Below the pieces are notes generated by a model. That model was given only the letters and a program-made list of their open reading frames with translations. It was not told where the DNA came from and searched no databases. The translations under genes were made by a program, and so were the position numbers. From the NCBI GenBank assembly GCA_028712705.1, contig JAQTPP010000002.1, positions 43,180 through 107,179 on the forward strand: DNA of 64,000 bases, given 5' to 3'. Position 1 is the stretch's first letter, and each line of letters opens with the position of its first letter. The DNA comes from Candidatus Daviesbacteria bacterium. GTDB lineage: Bacteria > Patescibacteriota > Microgenomatia > Daviesbacterales > UBA10151. This document shows, in pieces, positions 10,201-19,948 of the stretch.

Positions 10201-11266
10201 TCTGCCGATAACTTTAAGCAGTTTTCTGCTTGTATCAATTGGCATATTGGTTATTTATTCTTCCTCAAAAGAGTTAGCCGTTCAGCAAATTATATTTACA
10301 ATTATTGGTATGGTTTTTTTCTTTTTTATTTCACAATTTGAACTCCAATCACTTAAACATCTGGTAAAGCCGCTTTATATTCTTATTGTTATTACGCTTG
10401 TGGCCGTGTTTATTTTAGGTATAGAAACAAGGGGAGTTTTTCGTTGGTTTTCTTTGGGAATCTTTAATATTCAACCGTCAGAGTTTGCTAAACCAATTTT
10501 AATTTTATTTTTGAGCAAATTCTGGTCGGAAAATAATCCTTCCTGGCGAAATATTTTTAAGAGCATACTCTGGTCTGCGCCTGTTTTTTTGCTTATTTTT
10601 AAGCAACCGGATTTAGGTTCCGCACTGACTATAATCGCAATTTGGCTGGGATTATTATTTGCGGCTCATATCTCTATAAAGAAGATATTAATACTTGTTT
10701 TAATTATTATTTTTATAATTCCGGCAAGCTGGTCTTTTCTGCACAGTTATCAAAAAGAACGCATTATAAGTTTTTGGGCACCCGAATCTGATCCTTTGGG
10801 CAAAGGTTATAACTTGATTCAATCAACAATTGCAGTGGGATCAGGACAACTTCTGGGGAGGGGTTTGGGTAGCGGAACACAGTCAAGATTGCAATTTTTA
10901 CCGGAATTTCGGACAGATTTCATATTTGCTTCAATTGCAGAAGAAATGGGTTTTTTAGGATCTCTTCTGATTTTATCGCTATACCTATTTTTGTTAAGTT
11001 ACTGTTTAAGGGAGGCGCAAAAAACAAACAACTCGTTTAACCTGCTGGTGATATTCGGTGTGGTTTCGATGTTTTTGTTTCAGGTTGTCGTTAACATTGG
11101 AATGAATATAGGGTTACTGCCGATTACAGGTATTACCTTGCCATTGATATCGTATGGTGGGAGTTCGTTAATCTCAACCTTTTTATCTTTGGGGATGGTT
11201 GCATCTTCTGCCAGGAATAGAGCTGACTCTGATTCAATCGGAGTTGACCACATTCAGTTTGCATGA
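10178..11266 (+). CDS. rodA: SEDS family peptidoglycan polymerase (RodA/FtsW)
   Basis: IQPSEFAK, QPDLG, GSGQLLGRG, TDFIF, TGITLPLISYGGSS. Confidence 0.88.
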   Translation: MKILKLINLPITLSSFLLVSIGILVIYSSSKELAVQQIIFTIIGMVFFFFISQFELQSLKHLVKPLYILIVITLVAVFILGIETRGVFRWFSLGIFNIQPSEFAKPILILFLSKFWSENNPSWRNIFKSILWSAPVFLLIFKQPDLGSALTIIAIWLGLLFAAHISIKKILILVLIIIFIIPASWSFLHSYQKERIISFWAPESDPLGKGYNLIQSTIAVGSGQLLGRGLGSGTQSRLQFLPEFRTDFIFASIAEEMGFLGSLLILSLYLFLLSYCLREAQKTNNSFNLLVIFGVVSMFLFQVVVNIGMNIGLLPITGITLPLISYGGSSLISTFLSLGMVASSARNRADSDSIGVDHIQFA

Positions 11267-11308
11267 ACGTGGTTGACTTGTAGCTTGGGAAAGGATAAAA
11301 TCTTCTTC

Positions 11309-11650
11309 GTGTTAAATTACGCTATTTGTGAAATTTCAGGAAAACAATATAAGGTTGTTCCTGGTAAAGTTTTTGAAATTAGCCTTCAGAAAGAGGGAGA
11401 AGATATCGAGGCGGACGTTTTGCTTTTATCCGAGGACGGAAAATTAGAAATAGGCACGCCATATCTCAAAAAAAAGTTAACAGTTAAGCGGGTGGAAGAT
11501 ACAAAAGGACCGAAAATAAGAGTCAGTAAATTTCACGCGAAAGCAAATTACCGACGGACAACCGGTTATAGATCAAAAATTACCAGAGTAGTATTACCCC
11601 TGCCCACATTGTCACGCAAAGCGTTGCAGGCGGGTGTGAAAAAACCTTGA
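11309..11650 (+). CDS. rplU: 50S ribosomal protein L21
   Basis: YAICEISGKQYKV, KIRVSKFHAKANYRRTTGYR; GTG at 11309 downstream of TTGACT-17-TAAAAT. Confidence 0.92.
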   Translation: MLNYAICEISGKQYKVVPGKVFEISLQKEGEDIEADVLLLSEDGKLEIGTPYLKKKLTVKRVEDTKGPKIRVSKFHAKANYRRTTGYRSKITRVVLPLPTLSRKALQAGVKKP

Positions 11651-11683
11651 CAATATTTTTCACGGAGTGTATTTTAAGATCCT

Positions 11684-11929
11684 ATGGCACATAAAACAGG
11701 TGGAGGAAGTACCAGAAAAAATAGAGATTCAATTTCCAAGAGATTGGGAGTAAAGCTCTATGGCGGAGAAAAAGCGCAGTCCGGGAATATTATAGTACGC
11801 CAAAAAGGGAATAAATTTTATCCGGGAGCAGGCACAAAACAGGGTAATGATTATACAATTTTTGCTACCGTTTCCGGAAAAGTTGTATTCAAAAAGAGAA
11901 TTGATAAGATCATTATAGATGTAGTTTAA
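11684..11929 (+). CDS. rpmA: 50S ribosomal protein L27
   Basis: [31 protein letters not shown]. Confidence 0.97.
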   Translation: MAHKTGGGSTRKNRDSISKRLGVKLYGGEKAQSGNIIVRQKGNKFYPGAGTKQGNDYTIFATVSGKVVFKKRIDKIIIDVV

Positions 11930-11931
11930 GT

Positions 11932-12789
11932 ATGGATCAACAAGAACAGATTTACGAACTTGAGATAGATTTACTACAGCCCAACCCGCTACAGCCAAGA
12001 GGATTGATCAGCCCTGAATCTTTATTGGAACTTGCAGAATCGATAAAATCTCATGGAATTCTGGAGCCTTTAGTTGTTGCGAAAACTCCTGCCGGATACC
12101 AGATTATAGCCGGTGAGAGGAGATGGAGAGCTTCTAAGGTCGCTGGTTTAGGAAAAGTACCGGTGATAATCAGGGAAACCAGCCCTCAGGGAATGCTGGA
12201 AATGGCTATAGTTGAAAATGTGCAAAGGATAGATTTAAACCCGCTGGAGAGGGCACAAGCGTATAGGAGATTAATGGATGAATTTGATTTGACTAATCAG
12301 GAAATCGCAGAGAGGGTGTCGAAAAGTCCTTCATATATTTCCAATACGATCAGGTTATTAATTTTACCGGATGCACTCAAAGATGCCTTAATGTCCGGAG
12401 CCACGACAGAAGGTCATGCAAGGGGATTGGCTGCACTGGAAGATCCGCATCTGATAATAAATGCCTACAAAGAAGTATTGAAGAGAAATCTTTCCGTACG
12501 CGGGACGGAAGAATTAGTCCGCCGGATTAGAACAAACATGGGTATCGGTCCGAAAAAAATGGCAGATATTCCGCATATGCGGATTATCTCCGAAGAGGTT
12601 GATAAAATACAGTCGGATATTGGCAATGTTTTATCCTCCGTAACAGATAAATCGCAGACTAAATGTTTCTTGAGCGGAAAGAGGGCCAAGCTGGAATTAA
12701 TTATTGAAGGCGATCCGAATAAAACTACACCGGTTTTAGAAGATTTACGTCAGGCAATCGTCGGGTATTTTAAATTAAAGACGGGCTAG
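11932..12789 (+). CDS. parB: ParB/Spo0J partition protein
   Basis: NPLQPR, IIAGERRWRA, ENVQRIDLNPLE, HTH. Confidence 0.93.
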   Translation: MDQQEQIYELEIDLLQPNPLQPRGLISPESLLELAESIKSHGILEPLVVAKTPAGYQIIAGERRWRASKVAGLGKVPVIIRETSPQGMLEMAIVENVQRIDLNPLERAQAYRRLMDEFDLTNQEIAERVSKSPSYISNTIRLLILPDALKDALMSGATTEGHARGLAALEDPHLIINAYKEVLKRNLSVRGTEELVRRIRTNMGIGPKKMADIPHMRIISEEVDKIQSDIGNVLSSVTDKSQTKCFLSGKRAKLELIIEGDPNKTTPVLEDLRQAIVGYFKLKTG

Positions 12790-12799
12790 CCCGAGTCGT

Positions 12800-13384
12800 C
12801 TATTTATTGGTTAGTAAGCCAACATCAGATATTGGATAATATCTAAAAAATGCTTTTCCAATAATCTCTTCTTTTGTGACCGGGCCCCAATCTCTGGAGT
12901 CGGAGGAATGTTCCCGGTTATCTCCAAAAACAAAGTATTGATTGCTTCCTGCCTTAATAATATTACCTTCCTGTATAAAGGCGCCTACCCGGGTTTGAGT
13001 GTCGGGCGGCAGATAATTCTCTTTTATTATTTGGCCGTTAATAAAGACAGAGTTCTTACTTATTTGTAAAGAATCACCCGGTACGGCAATGATTCTTTTA
13101 ATGAAGTCCTGACTTTCATCCCGGGGATTTTTTAAAACTACAACTTCTCCATGTTTTGGATTTCTAAATCTATAGCTGATTTTTTCCGTGATTAAATAAT
13201 CGCCATTGTGAAAGGTTGGTACCATTGAGCTGCCTTGGACTTTGTGGAATTGCGCGATGAATAAATAAATTGAGACAAATATCGCCCCGAAAATGACGAC
13301 CGTTTCAAAAAATTCGATAAAATAGCCGCCTAAACTGGCGAAAAAACTTTTCTTGGGAAGTTCTCCGTAAAGATCAGGTTCCAT
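12800..13384 (-). CDS. lepB: Signal peptidase I
   Basis: GSSMVPT, FIKRIIAVPGD, GDNREHSSDSR. Confidence 0.95.
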   Translation of the reverse strand: MEPDLYGELPKKSFFASLGGYFIEFFETVVIFGAIFVSIYLFIAQFHKVQGSSMVPTFHNGDYLITEKISYRFRNPKHGEVVVLKNPRDESQDFIKRIIAVPGDSLQISKNSVFINGQIIKENYLPPDTQTRVGAFIQEGNIIKAGSNQYFVFGDNREHSSDSRDWGPVTKEEIIGKAFFRYYPISDVGLLTNK

Positions 13385-13451
13385 TCTATTGAATATATCA
13401 AAGATTTCGGTTGTGAAGCAAGAGGGGGAATGGTAAAATTTGTTAGTCTAA

Positions 13452-13504
13452 GGGTACTTAGCTTCGTCCAGAGGACGACCAGTCTCTGGCTGGCAGCGGC
13501 AGAG
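13452..13504 (+). pseudogene. Duplicated tRNA-Val 5' fragment interrupted by a palindromic insert
   Basis: gggtacttagct is identical to 13761-13772; a 30-nt insert tcgtccagaggacgaccagtctctggctgg follows, then cagcggcagag (D-loop-like, compare cagtggtagag). Confidence 0.65.
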
Positions 13505-13515
13505 TGAATTTTAAT

Positions 13516-13770
13516 ATGTTTTATGTCTATTTCGCAAAAAGCCTAAGGAACGGTAAAGTTTATGTAGGATTTACATCTAAGAATCCTGTAGATAGAGTTA
13601 ATGAACATAATAGTGGATGTAACCAATGGAGTAAGAATAATAGACCATTTAAACTGATATACTATGAAAGTTTGATTTGTGAAGATGATGCGCGGCAAAG
13701 GGAACGATTTTATAAATCAGGCGTTGGAAAGAAGATTAAGAATTTAATAGTTGAAGGTATGGGTACTTAG
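13516..13770 (+). CDS. Small GIY-YIG nuclease
   Basis: FYVY..S...KVYVGFT..RVNEHNSG..LIYYE..A.QRE; the stop codon lies inside the tRNA-Val 5' end. Confidence 0.9.
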   Translation: MFYVYFAKSLRNGKVYVGFTSKNPVDRVNEHNSGCNQWSKNNRPFKLIYYESLICEDDARQRERFYKSGVGKKIKNLIVEGMGT

Positions 13771-13832
13771 CTCAGTGGTAGAGCGCTGCATTCACATTGC
13801 AGATGTCGGGGGTTCAAATCCCTCAGTACCCA
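13761..13832 (+). tRNA. tRNA-Val(CAC)
   Basis: Cloverleaf: gggtact/agtaccc acceptor stem, ctgca-ttCACat-tgcag anticodon arm, ggttcaaatcc T arm; CCA not encoded. Confidence 0.95.
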
Positions 13833-14126
13833 CAAGTTAGTTCAATCATGTCAATTATACTGTTGCACACCGGGTGTGTGTAAGTCATCTTGACACTTTT
13901 GATCGCAAAAGTGTCCAAAACTCCTGCAAGTGATGTTCGAGCTAAAATCTTGTCTTTGCTCCTCGGGGAGTTTACCCCTCTGGTATTCCTGCACTAAAGT
14001 GCTAGTCAGTACCAGCTTCCCCTGAGTTGCAAATCCTACGATTTTTATACGCTCTCTGCATCAATTGCAGAATGAAATTTTAGTGCATTTGTTCCAAGTC
14101 AAAGATAAAAAAGAACTTTTCAAAAA

Positions 14127-14267
14127 TTATTTTTTCTTTCTAGATTTTTCTCTCTGAGATAAATCACTCGCAGCAACCTTTCTAACTTTTTTTACTTTAG
14201 ATTTTCTAAGTAGTTTAGAAGCTATCTTAGCAATTTTTAGACTTGTAACTTTTTTACCTTTTGGCAT
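14127..14267 (-). CDS. Small, very basic protein (46 aa)
   Basis: MPKGKKVTSLKIAKIASKLLRKSKVKKVRKVAASDLSQREKSRKKK*; its ATG overlaps the upstream TAA (TAATG). Confidence 0.6.
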   Translation of the reverse strand: MPKGKKVTSLKIAKIASKLLRKSKVKKVRKVAASDLSQREKSRKKK

Positions 14268-15649
14268 TAACTTTCACCTCCTTTTTCTACCATTTCTTCA
14301 ACTTTTCTCTTTGCTTCTTCTAAAAGCTCTTTTGATTTCTTTCTTGCTTCATGCGACTTTCTCACCAACTCCGCAATTTTTTCTTGGGTAGTTTTTGGTA
14401 AAATCGGAATTAGTAAGTTTTTAATTTGTTCTGGTTTCCAATGAGCAATAATCGAACCGCCTGCATCTCTTTCAGCTTGCCATTGACCAATCACTGAGCT
14501 AATACATAAAGCTAAATATTCTGGGTCAATATTATCTTTTACTTTAAGCCGTAAAATCCCACCAGAAATAATGCCTTCCACAGCCTCTTTCAAGACATAT
14601 GCAATTCCTGGAGTCGCGTCCTTGGTCAACAAGACCTCTCCTATTTTTGGCTCAAAATCGTTTTGTAATCTTTTATATAACTCTTCACTCAAATACTTTT
14701 GATCTTTATCTTCAATTCCAAATTTAGACAAACTGCTAACTCTAATAAATAATTTTCCTTCTTCTTGATACGCTTTACTCCCGGGCTCAAAACCTTTTTT
14801 CATTGAGACTAAATCACCAAGTAGTTTTGCATTATGTTTTTTAATCTGCTCAACTAATTTTTGATACTTTGGATGAAAGTATTCCGCATCAATACGGTTT
14901 ACAGATTTAACATCTGAAAGATTAACAACAAAACTCAAATCATTTTCAATCTGAAAATTCTTTAATCCTAATTTTTCCAAAAGCAAATCTTCAGCTTGCT
15001 GATAATAAATTTTTGAATCATCAAATGTTTTTTTAGCTGAAATTATTAACTCTTTAATTACGCTTAGTAATTTTTCTTGTGGTGTAGGTATTAAAAGTTG
15101 TGCTATATTACTTATATTCAACTTTGGCTGTGCATTTCCACTAATATTTCTTATAACTTGTAAATACCCTAACTTTGAATTCAAAAATGTTAATAAAAAC
15201 AACTTTTGATCCAAAGTAGTGTTTGCATCTTTAAATTTTATACCAATGTTATTTTCGCTAATATTACAAACTCCAAGTTCTTCCGGAATTGCTGATACTA
15301 CGCCAATTGTATTACCAACTTTAGATATAACTAAGTCAAAAGGATTAAGTTGTGATTGTTTTAATCTATGATTATCTTCCTCAGATATACACACTAAATC
15401 ATCCTCATTAATAAAAAAATCTTGTAAATTACTTACCCTTATAAAGGGGATACCCTTTTCTAAATAAACATCACTTTTAAGAGATGAACCGAACGGACCG
15501 CTAACAACCTTACAACCAAAATCTTCTAGTGTGCTAAATTGTTGTTCCTTAATGCTTTTATCTAATTCCAAATATTTTGGTTGAAAATATTCTGGGTCTA
15601 ATCTATGGACTTCTTCAAGTTGAGATTTTTGGATGATGGAGAAATTCAT
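14267..15649 (-). CDS. hsdS: Restriction-modification specificity subunit (HsdS-like, two TRDs)
   Basis: Repeated RLDPEYF/RIDAEYF, GPFGS, GIPFIRVSNL, IPILP..Q.KIAELV. Confidence 0.88.
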   Translation of the reverse strand: MNFSIIQKSQLEEVHRLDPEYFQPKYLELDKSIKEQQFSTLEDFGCKVVSGPFGSSLKSDVYLEKGIPFIRVSNLQDFFINEDDLVCISEEDNHRLKQSQLNPFDLVISKVGNTIGVVSAIPEELGVCNISENNIGIKFKDANTTLDQKLFLLTFLNSKLGYLQVIRNISGNAQPKLNISNIAQLLIPTPQEKLLSVIKELIISAKKTFDDSKIYYQQAEDLLLEKLGLKNFQIENDLSFVVNLSDVKSVNRIDAEYFHPKYQKLVEQIKKHNAKLLGDLVSMKKGFEPGSKAYQEEGKLFIRVSSLSKFGIEDKDQKYLSEELYKRLQNDFEPKIGEVLLTKDATPGIAYVLKEAVEGIISGGILRLKVKDNIDPEYLALCISSVIGQWQAERDAGGSIIAHWKPEQIKNLLIPILPKTTQEKIAELVRKSHEARKKSKELLEEAKRKVEEMVEKGGES

Positions 15650-16435
15650 AAAAATTATTTACCCTTCTTTAAGACTTTAATTATTTCTTTTCCGTCATTA
15701 GACACTATAAATTTAATTACCTCCTCTTCTTGAATAGAGGTTTTGACCGTCATTTTTTTCATAAGCCCTAGACCAATAACTTTTTCTTGTATTGCCTCTT
15801 CCTGTGTTATTGATCTGTTTTCATAAATTTCAATCCATGGTTTTACCAGTCGATGCTTCTCTAATGCCTCAAAAACAGTTTGAGAGAAAGAATCTCTATT
15901 TTCCTGCCATATAAATTTCTGCCTTGTTTGAGAAAATAAAATTGCAAAAATTGTAATAACACTTAAGAAGAATACGATATAACTTAAAGTTTGGATAATT
16001 TCTAAAAATATATTATTATTCAGGTTAGACAAATAAAAAAATACGAGTGAGGCAATGATGCTTAAAGCTATAAGTATCCATGTTATTTTAGTGGTACTTA
16101 TGGCTATTAATGGTTCAGGATAACCTTTACCTCTATCTTTAAATTTACCAAAAGTTAATTGGAGATAAGGCTGAAATTCTATAATTTGCCAAATTATAGC
16201 GCCCCCTGTCATAAAGGAAAGAAACGAAGCAGGTGTAGCCAGTTTTTCATTAATAAATAAGTTAGTTATAAAATCTTTCGTGAATAAGGGAAGTATTGCT
16301 GTAATTAAGGCTACTAACAACCCAAAGGTCGAAATTATAGTTTGAGTAAAATTATCTAATCTTTTCATTTTAAGTCTTAAAATTAATCCTTTCTCCGCTT
16401 AAAGATGTTAGATATTCAAGTTGAGATTTTTGGAT
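15614..16435. repeat. 21-bp direct repeat of the hsdS 5' end flanking an inserted gene
   Basis: ttcaagttgagatttttggat at 15614-15634 and 16415-16435. Confidence 0.85.
15655..16368 (-). CDS. Hypothetical membrane protein (~4 TM + soluble C-terminus)
   Basis: 237-aa ORF with four hydrophobic segments. Confidence 0.7.
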   Translation of the reverse strand: MKRLDNFTQTIISTFGLLVALITAILPLFTKDFITNLFINEKLATPASFLSFMTGGAIIWQIIEFQPYLQLTFGKFKDRGKGYPEPLIAISTTKITWILIALSIIASLVFFYLSNLNNNIFLEIIQTLSYIVFFLSVITIFAILFSQTRQKFIWQENRDSFSQTVFEALEKHRLVKPWIEIYENRSITQEEAIQEKVIGLGLMKKMTVKTSIQEEEVIKFIVSNDGKEIIKVLKKGK

Positions 16436-16453
16436 AATTGAGTAACTAATCAT
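16370..16453 (-). pseudogene. hsdS N-terminal remnant (27 aa)
   Basis: MISYSIIQKSQLEYLT.. resembles HsdS MNFSIIQKSQLEEVH; ATGA overlap with the upstream gene. Confidence 0.7.
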
Positions 16454-17067
16454 AAATTAAGTGTTTTAACTACCACGAATGTTTCTAAAGCTTTATTCCT
16501 TGTATATTGCCAAAAACGCAGCGATCTATTATGAAACAGACAAGCAATAAAAATAGAAGTTATGAGTAATAAGATTATCTGTAAATTATATGCTACAAAA
16601 AGAACATATATTGATAGAAATATAGACTGCAAAAGGAAAATTATAAACCAGCCTCTATATAAACTGTAATATGCATTAAAAATTTGTACGTGTCCACTAA
16701 TATCTTTTGCAAGAGCAAATACATAACAAAGATTCCATATTTTATCTTCGTCTTGTTTTTTTAGTTTGAAAAATATTTTTGCTTGTTCGAGTATCTCTTT
16801 TTCTTTATCTGTAAACTCTTTTTTGTTCTCTCTAATAAGAAAATTTAGTAAAGGTATCTCATTCAACAAATTTGCTGCGGTTTGAACAACATGACCAAAA
16901 AAATAAGCAACAATAAACCAAACCAACAAAGCATCAAGTTTAAATTCTGGTATTGTAAGGCTATAGAAATAAAAACTATCAAAAATGATTAAGATTAAAG
17001 CGATTGCCCCAACTAACAAATAACCAATTTGGTCATAAAGATTAAATTTTGAAAAAATATTGTTCAT
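16450..17067 (-). CDS. Hypothetical 4-TM membrane protein
   Basis: 205 aa, two pairs of TM helices separated by a charged loop; ATGA-coupled to the MBL gene. Confidence 0.75.
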   Translation of the reverse strand: MNNIFSKFNLYDQIGYLLVGAIALILIIFDSFYFYSLTIPEFKLDALLVWFIVAYFFGHVVQTAANLLNEIPLLNFLIRENKKEFTDKEKEILEQAKIFFKLKKQDEDKIWNLCYVFALAKDISGHVQIFNAYYSLYRGWFIIFLLQSIFLSIYVLFVAYNLQIILLLITSIFIACLFHNRSLRFWQYTRNKALETFVVVKTLNL

Positions 17068-17999
17068 GAGCGATAAAAGGCAATATCTTCTGTATCATTA
17101 AATGGAATATCTGCTATTATTGTTCTAAACTCATGAGTTTTATAAATTGTCGTATTTGGTAAAACCATTTTGTATTTATCTGATGCTCCATTTTGCTCAT
17201 CCTCTTGTTTGCTGTTAGAGAAAACTATGAATTGCGGTTTCATTATTTTTATTGCTTCTTCATGGAATCCTGATTCGTGGCCATGATGCGACGCTTTTAG
17301 AACAGAACATCCAGCAATTTCTTCTTTACAATTTTCAAAGATATCATTCCATACTCGCTCTTGACCATCACCACCAAGTATAATCTTTTTGTTATTAACT
17401 CTAATTAATAACGCATAAGACATCTCGTCTATTTCAACTTGTTCTTTCTTAGAACCATCTTCATTATAATGAGCCATCTTAATGAGTTTTAGAGATGGAG
17501 AAAGAATGGTAATTCTGTCTTCATAATCCTTCCAGTAGTTTCTTGGAGAATCTTCTCTGTAGGTTTTAATAATTCTTAATGTATAACCTTTCCTAATTTC
17601 TTGATAAGTCTCCCAGTCGTTTTGATATTGCTCATTGTAATCTAAATCTTCGGGGACAAATTCGTGTTCTAAATCCCAAAAATTGATAATCTCGAGTTCT
17701 GTATCATTAAAGAGTTTGCTTAATCCATATATATGATCCATGTGTGGGTGGCTACAAATGAATCGAAAGATCGGTTTCAATTTTCCATTAGTATCACGAA
17801 AATCATTAGAATTTTTATAATAATTTAATACATTTTCGTATTCCGCTTGATCGTCATAGTGATTCAAATCGATAAATGTAATCCTTTCTTCCTTAGTTTT
17901 AATAACTTGTCCTTGGTTATTTTTTACCTCACGATAAGGAAAATGAACAATTGTACAATCTCCAGAACCAACATTAAGAAAGTGTATTCTAACTCCCAT
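17064..17999 (-). CDS. ComEC/Rec2-like metallo-beta-lactamase-fold hydrolase
   Basis: FLNVGSGD, SHPHMDHI (HxHxDH), GGDG, LKASHHG. Confidence 0.85.
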   Translation of the reverse strand: MGVRIHFLNVGSGDCTIVHFPYREVKNNQGQVIKTKEERITFIDLNHYDDQAEYENVLNYYKNSNDFRDTNGKLKPIFRFICSHPHMDHIYGLSKLFNDTELEIINFWDLEHEFVPEDLDYNEQYQNDWETYQEIRKGYTLRIIKTYREDSPRNYWKDYEDRITILSPSLKLIKMAHYNEDGSKKEQVEIDEMSYALLIRVNNKKIILGGDGQERVWNDIFENCKEEIAGCSVLKASHHGHESGFHEEAIKIMKPQFIVFSNSKQEDEQNGASDKYKMVLPNTTIYKTHEFRTIIADIPFNDTEDIAFYRS

Positions 18000-18001
18000 T
18001 T

Positions 18002-19948
18002 TTATCTCCAAAAACTAAAATTTTGCTCCTTTGCAAATTTAATGAAAGCATCAGCTATTTGATCTAAATCATGATCTAAAGCTTTATTTCCCTTACTATC
18101 AAAAGTTATTTCTCCTTTTTCATCTTTTTTATAGACATAATCTCCGGAATTATCTTTCCCACTTCTCCTAGAAACAGCCATAAAGATTGGGTAATCCTCT
18201 AAAGGTTTTTCACCTTCCGTCCATTTTTGCAAAAATAATACAGATGTCTTTGTGCCTGTGTGTGGTTTAAAAGTATTAACCTGTAACCCTACAACTGCCA
18301 AAATTCTGGCCTTATCAAAAATCCAATTCCGGATATATTCCATATTAGTATTATTCAAAACTCCTTGTGGCAAAACTATGGCTAATCTGCCACCAGGCTT
18401 AATTAGATTCAAAGCTCTTTCAATAAATAGAATATGACGTTCCATTTTATTGCGCAGTTTGCCTTTATCATTTTTAGCCAGTTCATAGGCATTTAAAACA
18501 GTTCTATCTATAATTTCACCGGCAAATGGTGGATTAATTAAAAGCATATCAAAACCAAAATACTTAAAATACTCCTGGTTTTCCTTATCTTTGTCATAAT
18601 CGTTAAATCTTAATAGCCTTTGTTGTAGTTCCGCCCTAGCTTTTAATTTTTCGCTATCATCACCTTGCCATTCTTTTGGATTTAGAGAATTTAATTTAAA
18701 AATATGCGACCTGCCATCACCTGCAATAAGCATTAAAGCCCGGGAAATTTTGACCGGTTTATCGTCAAAATCTATTCCGTAAATATAGTTTCTTGCATAA
18801 TCTATTCTAGTATCGCGAGAGACGTTCTCCGGCATATTACCCCAAACCCATTGCATAGCGTGGATTAAAAATCCGCCAGATCCGGAAGCGGGGTCTGTTA
18901 CATACTCATCTTTTTTGGGATTTAGCATTTTTACTGCCATATCAATAACATGACGGGGAGTAAAATATTGGCCCCTGTTACCCTTGGCAACATCCGGAAG
19001 TAAGTACTCAAAGGCTCGATCTATGATTTCCAAATTAGCATCAAGCAATTTAACTTTTTCAAATTCCCCTATGCAAACAGAAAGATGCGTTGGGGACAGT
19101 CTTATTGTTTCACCCGGCAAAAACATACCCGGCCATTCTTTTTGTGAATTTTCGAATAATCTACTTATATTGTCATAAGTAATTCTTGGATCTTTTGACT
19201 GGCGGAAAAGTAGCTCGCCATGTCTATCTCTGGCATACTTCTCATCATAGAGTTTTGCATAAATAAGTTTAAAAATTTCATTAAAAGAATCCTCTCCTGC
19301 ACCTGCCAGAACTAATTCCTCTAAAACCTTAATCACCCTTACTAAATCAAATTTTGTTTCAAGTTGATCAAGCGTAAGTTTTTCTTCCAGAACATCATCT
19401 ACTGTCTGATTTGATCTGGGAATATCACGCAAAGTATTTTCAAATTCATGAGGGTAAGGTCTATACAAAATTACTTTAGTTACGCCGTTTGATAAAACTC
19501 CGATTGGAGCACCTTGCGCATTTAGATAACTTTTTACTTGTTCCAATCCGTCTTTTGCATCCGGACTTTTGATTTCTAAAATTATATGAGGTGTTTCTTT
19601 GTCTTCGTCGTAAACTACAATATCTGCTGCTTTTTCGCGTATCTCCCTTCCAAAATTTACTGATTTTTCAACAGCTATTCTTTCGTAAGAGTAGTTATAA
19701 GTTTTGTTTAGTCTATAAAGCCAAAGCTGGCGGACAATTTCTTCAGGTTCGCCAGCTTGTTTTTCTTCGCTCCATATAAACAAATCTGTGTTTCTTTTAA
19801 AACATTTAAGGTAAAATTTGCCTTTTTCTTTTTCAAATATATCTAAAATTTCTGAGGGGTTTATTTTTTCAAACTCTGTAAGGCCAAATTGAACATCTGG
19901 CCTACGAAAAATTTTATTGACGATCTGTTCTGTTATACTCTTAGCCAT
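18002..19948 (-). CDS. Fused HsdR_N-like nuclease / N6-adenine DNA methyltransferase
   Basis: N-terminal PEEIVRQ..ADIVVY..ILEIK (PD-(D/E)xK); GQYFTPRHVI, DPASGSGGFL, NPPF. Confidence 0.9.
   Translation of the reverse strand: MAKSITEQIVNKIFRRPDVQFGLTEFEKINPSEILDIFEKEKGKFYLKCFKRNTDLFIWSEEKQAGEPEEIVRQLWLYRLNKTYNYSYERIAVEKSVNFGREIREKAADIVVYDEDKETPHIILEIKSPDAKDGLEQVKSYLNAQGAPIGVLSNGVTKVILYRPYPHEFENTLRDIPRSNQTVDDVLEEKLTLDQLETKFDLVRVIKVLEELVLAGAGEDSFNEIFKLIYAKLYDEKYARDRHGELLFRQSKDPRITYDNISRLFENSQKEWPGMFLPGETIRLSPTHLSVCIGEFEKVKLLDANLEIIDRAFEYLLPDVAKGNRGQYFTPRHVIDMAVKMLNPKKDEYVTDPASGSGGFLIHAMQWVWGNMPENVSRDTRIDYARNYIYGIDFDDKPVKISRALMLIAGDGRSHIFKLNSLNPKEWQGDDSEKLKARAELQQRLLRFNDYDKDKENQEYFKYFGFDMLLINPPFAGEIIDRTVLNAYELAKNDKGKLRNKMERHILFIERALNLIKPGGRLAIVLPQGVLNNTNMEYIRNWIFDKARILAVVGLQVNTFKPHTGTKTSVLFLQKWTEGEKPLEDYPIFMAVSRRSGKDNSGDYVYKKDEKGEITFDSKGNKALDHDLDQIADAFIKFAKEQNFSFWR

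Noticed and set aside
13464-13760. GIY-YIG region as a tRNA intron
   Set aside because: The downstream tRNA is complete on its own; the upstream piece is a duplication, not an exon
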